Source of the DNA: Desulfatiglandales bacterium
GTDB taxonomy: Bacteria; Desulfobacterota; DSM-4660; Desulfatiglandales; Desulfatiglandaceae
Assembly (NCBI GenBank): GCA_963666345.1
Contig: OY762721.1
Span: 64,001 to 128,000 of the forward strand
Length of the DNA stretch: 64,000 nt
Reading direction: 5' to 3'
This document shows, piece by piece, positions 61,176-64,000 of the stretch (within the stretch, counting starts at the first letter, position 1; each line of letters starts with the position of its first letter). The translations under genes and the position numbers were made by a program. The notes under the pieces were generated by a model. It did not search any database and had not been told where the DNA came from. It saw only the letters and a list, made by a program, of their open reading frames with translations.

Positions 61176-61320
61176 TAGTTTCCATCCGGAAATGGCTGTT
61201 TTTCAAAATCTCGGGGTCAATTTACGGAATCACTTATTCGGCGTACTTAGTGCGCCTCCACGTAATACCCTGATTTTCTAAATCTTGTAAAAAATAGCTC
61301 ATTTCTGGTGTGGCAAACTG
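61176..61320. mobile_element. Putative MITE/REP-like element
   Basis: About 28-bp imperfect terminal inverted repeats (TAGTTTCCATCCGGAAATGGCTGTTTTT ... AAAAAATAGCTCATTTCTGGTGTGGCAAACTG) with a central palindrome GGCGTACTTAGTGCGCC. Confidence 0.55.
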
Positions 61321-61385
61321 CCAGTGCCCTTGATTTACTTCCTTGAGGGGCACAAACTAAATGTCACTTTTTAGGAGGTCAAAAG

Positions 61386-62465
61386 ATGAAAATTAAGTTT
61401 GTTATCGGGATGTTCGCTGTTTCTACCTTGCTTCTACTGACCCTTACCAGCTTACCGGTCGAGGCGGGGACTGAGAAGATCGTATGGACCGCACAGTCAA
61501 GTTATCCTGCAGGCCTTCCGCAACTCTTTGCTCCTGCTGCCAGTTTCGCGGAAAAGATCAAAAAATTGACCGACGGACGCCTGACCGTGAGGATGAATCC
61601 GGGTGGGGCCATTGTTCCTTCAAAGAAGGTTCTTGACGCAGTTAGTGCAGGGACCCTTGATATGGGATGTACCTGGGCTGGCTGGTGGATAGGTAAATTT
61701 CCCGCCTCCGTTCTTTTCGGTAACTCTTTCCCGAACGGACTCCAGATGAGAGAGATGCTGAGCTGGATCTATTCGGGTGGAGGTCTTGAACTTTGGAACG
61801 AGATGTATGAAGGTCATGGACTGGTGGTATTGCCTCCTTACGGAATGCTCGGGTCTGAAAACTTCTGCTGGTCCAGAAAACCTATCAACGGCCTTGAGGA
61901 TTTTAAGGGACTTAAGTTCAGGACCGTAGGGATATGGGGAAAATGTCTGGAGCGTCTCGGCGCAAGGGTTGTAAGTCTTGCCGGAGGGGAGGTCTATCCG
62001 TCACTTGAAAGGGGAGTCATAGATGCCTGTGAGTTCGGTACTCCGGCCATTGACAAAAAAATTGGCTTTCATGAAATATGCAAATATCTCAAACTACCAG
62101 GCATACATGAACCCTGCGCCCCCCTTGAAACTCTGGTCAACGAAAAGTCTTGGAACAAGCTTCCTGATGATCTCAAATATAAGGTCGAGGTGGCCTTGAA
62201 AGTCTCCTGTTTTGAGGCCGTCAACAAGATTATGAAAGAGGACGCGGAGGCAATGGCCTTTTTCAGGAATTATAAGGGGCTTGAGATCAGCAAGCTTTCC
62301 CCTGAGATCATAAAAGAAATAGTGAAGATCGGAGATGAAGAGCTTGATAAATTTGCTAATAAAGATGCATTTTTTGCAAAAGTCCTTGAATCTCAAAGAT
62401 CTTTTAGGAAACTCGTAGAACCCTATGCAGAACTGGTCAGGCTTCCCTATCCTTATGCTGAATAA
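61386..62465 (+). CDS. dctP: TRAP transporter substrate-binding protein
   Basis: Signal peptide; LTDGRL, FKGLKFR, GGEVYPSLERGVIDACE. Confidence 0.92.
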   Translation: MKIKFVIGMFAVSTLLLLTLTSLPVEAGTEKIVWTAQSSYPAGLPQLFAPAASFAEKIKKLTDGRLTVRMNPGGAIVPSKKVLDAVSAGTLDMGCTWAGWWIGKFPASVLFGNSFPNGLQMREMLSWIYSGGGLELWNEMYEGHGLVVLPPYGMLGSENFCWSRKPINGLEDFKGLKFRTVGIWGKCLERLGARVVSLAGGEVYPSLERGVIDACEFGTPAIDKKIGFHEICKYLKLPGIHEPCAPLETLVNEKSWNKLPDDLKYKVEVALKVSCFEAVNKIMKEDAEAMAFFRNYKGLEISKLSPEIIKEIVKIGDEELDKFANKDAFFAKVLESQRSFRKLVEPYAELVRLPYPYAE

Positions 62466-62527
62466 TGTTAGAGGGGGGTATGAGCCCCTCACTGCCCCCC
62501 TGCAAATTGATTCAAACGGGTCTTGAC

Positions 62528-63082
62528 ATGAAAGATGTGGCCGTGGACAAACAAAATGGGGCAAAGGGGTTCTGTTCATCCTTCGCCCGGTACCTTGACA
62601 AGACAAGCGAGATAGCAGGTAAAGGGTCTTCCTGGCTCATACCTTTATTGATCCTGGAGTTGATGTATGACACCGTGGCCAGATATCTTTTTAATGCACC
62701 CACTTTCTGGTCCTATGACATCTCATACATGCTTTACGGAACGGTTTTCATGGGAGGGGCTGCCTACACTCTTCTGCTGGATGAGCACGTTCGAATAGAA
62801 CTTATATATGAAAAGGTGTCGCCAAGAAAAAGGGCTATTATCGATATCATCGGATATCTCCTCTTTTTCTTTCCCCCCATCATGGCTCTCTTGTATTTCG
62901 GCACCGAGTTTGCCTTCAAATCATGGAAGATGCTTGAGGGTTCAGGCGAAAGCATGTGGTCTCCGGGCATATATCCCTTTAAGACCGTTATACCGATAAC
63001 GGCACTTATGCTTCTTTTACAGGGAATAGTTCAGTTCTTCCGTGCCTTGGTCTCCCTTTCAGAAAAGGGGGAAGCGGGTTGA
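62528..63082 (+). CDS. dctQ: TRAP transporter small permease
   Basis: ARYLFNAPT, AYTLLLDEHVRIE; 4 TMs. Confidence 0.9.
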   Translation: MKDVAVDKQNGAKGFCSSFARYLDKTSEIAGKGSSWLIPLLILELMYDTVARYLFNAPTFWSYDISYMLYGTVFMGGAAYTLLLDEHVRIELIYEKVSPRKRAIIDIIGYLLFFFPPIMALLYFGTEFAFKSWKMLEGSGESMWSPGIYPFKTVIPITALMLLLQGIVQFFRALVSLSEKGEAG

Positions 63083-64000
63083 TAGCAAATACCGAAATAC
63101 TTCTCATAATACTGTTTGCAGGCCTTATTGCCGGGCTGTTGATCGGGTTTCCCGTACCCTTTGTCATGCTGGGTATATCACTGATCGTAGGGGTGCTCGG
63201 AGTGGGGCACGGGTTTTTCAACATGATGATTCTCCGGGTATTCGAGACAATGGAGAATTATATCCTGGTTGCCATAATTTTGTTCGTATACATGGGGATA
63301 ATGCTTGAGCGCTCAGGCGCCGCCGAGCGTCTATTTTCTTCCACCCATATTCTACTCGGCAGACTGCGCGGAGGTCTGGCACTGACCGTGGTCGCTGTCT
63401 GTACTATTATGGCGGCCGCAACAGGCATAATGGGCGCACCGGTAATTGTTATGGGACTTTTTGCGCTTCCCGAAATGTTAAAAAAAGGCTATGACAAGGC
63501 CTTGAGTTCGGGGACCATCTGTGCGGGAGGCACACTCGGAATTTTGATTCCACCCAGCGTAATGCTTGTGGTTTACGGCCCTATGGCAGGGGTTTCCGTT
63601 GGAAAACTTTTTATGGCCGCTATAATCCCCGGTTTGATACTGTCAATACTTTACGCGACCTATATAATCGCCAGATGCGCCTTAAACCCTGAACTGGGCC
63701 CAGCTCTTCCTGTTGAGCAGAGAGACTTCAGCGCGGGCAAAAAATTTATAATGGCTGCTACATCAATGGCGCCAACGCTCCTGCTTATATTTGCGGTTCT
63801 CGGCACCATATTTTTTGGTGTTGCCGCACCTACCGAGGCCGCGGCAGTTGGAGCGTTTGCGAGCGTAATACTTGCACTTTTCTACAGACGTCTCAACTGG
63901 GATAGTTTCAAGGAATCGATCTATCAGACCTTAAGGGTATCAAGTATGATCATGTTGATTGTTGCGGCTGCCTTTGTTTTTACCGGGACCTTCATGCTTG
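63079..64000 (+). CDS. dctM: TRAP transporter large permease (partial, runs off the window)
   Basis: Manual translation from TTG 63079: GFPVPF, LERSGAAERLF, GGTLGILIPPS, AAPTEAAAVGA; not in the ORF track. Confidence 0.92.
   Translation, partial: MIANTEILLIILFAGLIAGLLIGFPVPFVMLGISLIVGVLGVGHGFFNMMILRVFETMENYILVAIILFVYMGIMLERSGAAERLFSSTHILLGRLRGGLALTVVAVCTIMAAATGIMGAPVIVMGLFALPEMLKKGYDKALSSGTICAGGTLGILIPPSVMLVVYGPMAGVSVGKLFMAAIIPGLILSILYATYIIARCALNPELGPALPVEQRDFSAGKKFIMAATSMAPTLLLIFAVLGTIFFGVAAPTEAAAVGAFASVILALFYRRLNWDSFKESIYQTLRVSSMIMLIVAAAFVFTGTFML

Overview
A mostly core-chromosome window from an anaerobic Desulfobacterota-like (deltaproteobacterial) bacterium; the taxonomy is inferred from gene content and order. 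Housekeeping loci: tig-clpP-clpX-lon, four tRNAs, radC, mutL-miaA, pgsA, trpS, PBP1A, kdsD, sirC-ccsA-hemA, moaE/moaC and a TRAP transporter. A short-chain acyl-CoA cluster encodes two thiolases, a crotonase, an isobutyryl-CoA-type B12 mutase, MeaB and an acyl-CoA dehydrogenase. The left 10 kb is accessory and envelope-related: a >1144-aa secreted FN3/Ig protein that the ORF track misses, two CsgG/TPR proteins and a CxxCH-bearing TolB-like lipoprotein. The most notable observations are (1) a MerR-like-HTH/adenylate-cyclase fusion preceded by an ATTAGAC repeat array, (2) a complete Trp leader-peptide attenuator ahead of a probable Fe-S TrpRS, (3) a BioB-like radical SAM plus ABC importer cassette of unknown substrate, and (4) several pseudo-enzymes, pseudogenes and MITE-like elements. 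All calls come from reading the sequence; no searches were run.
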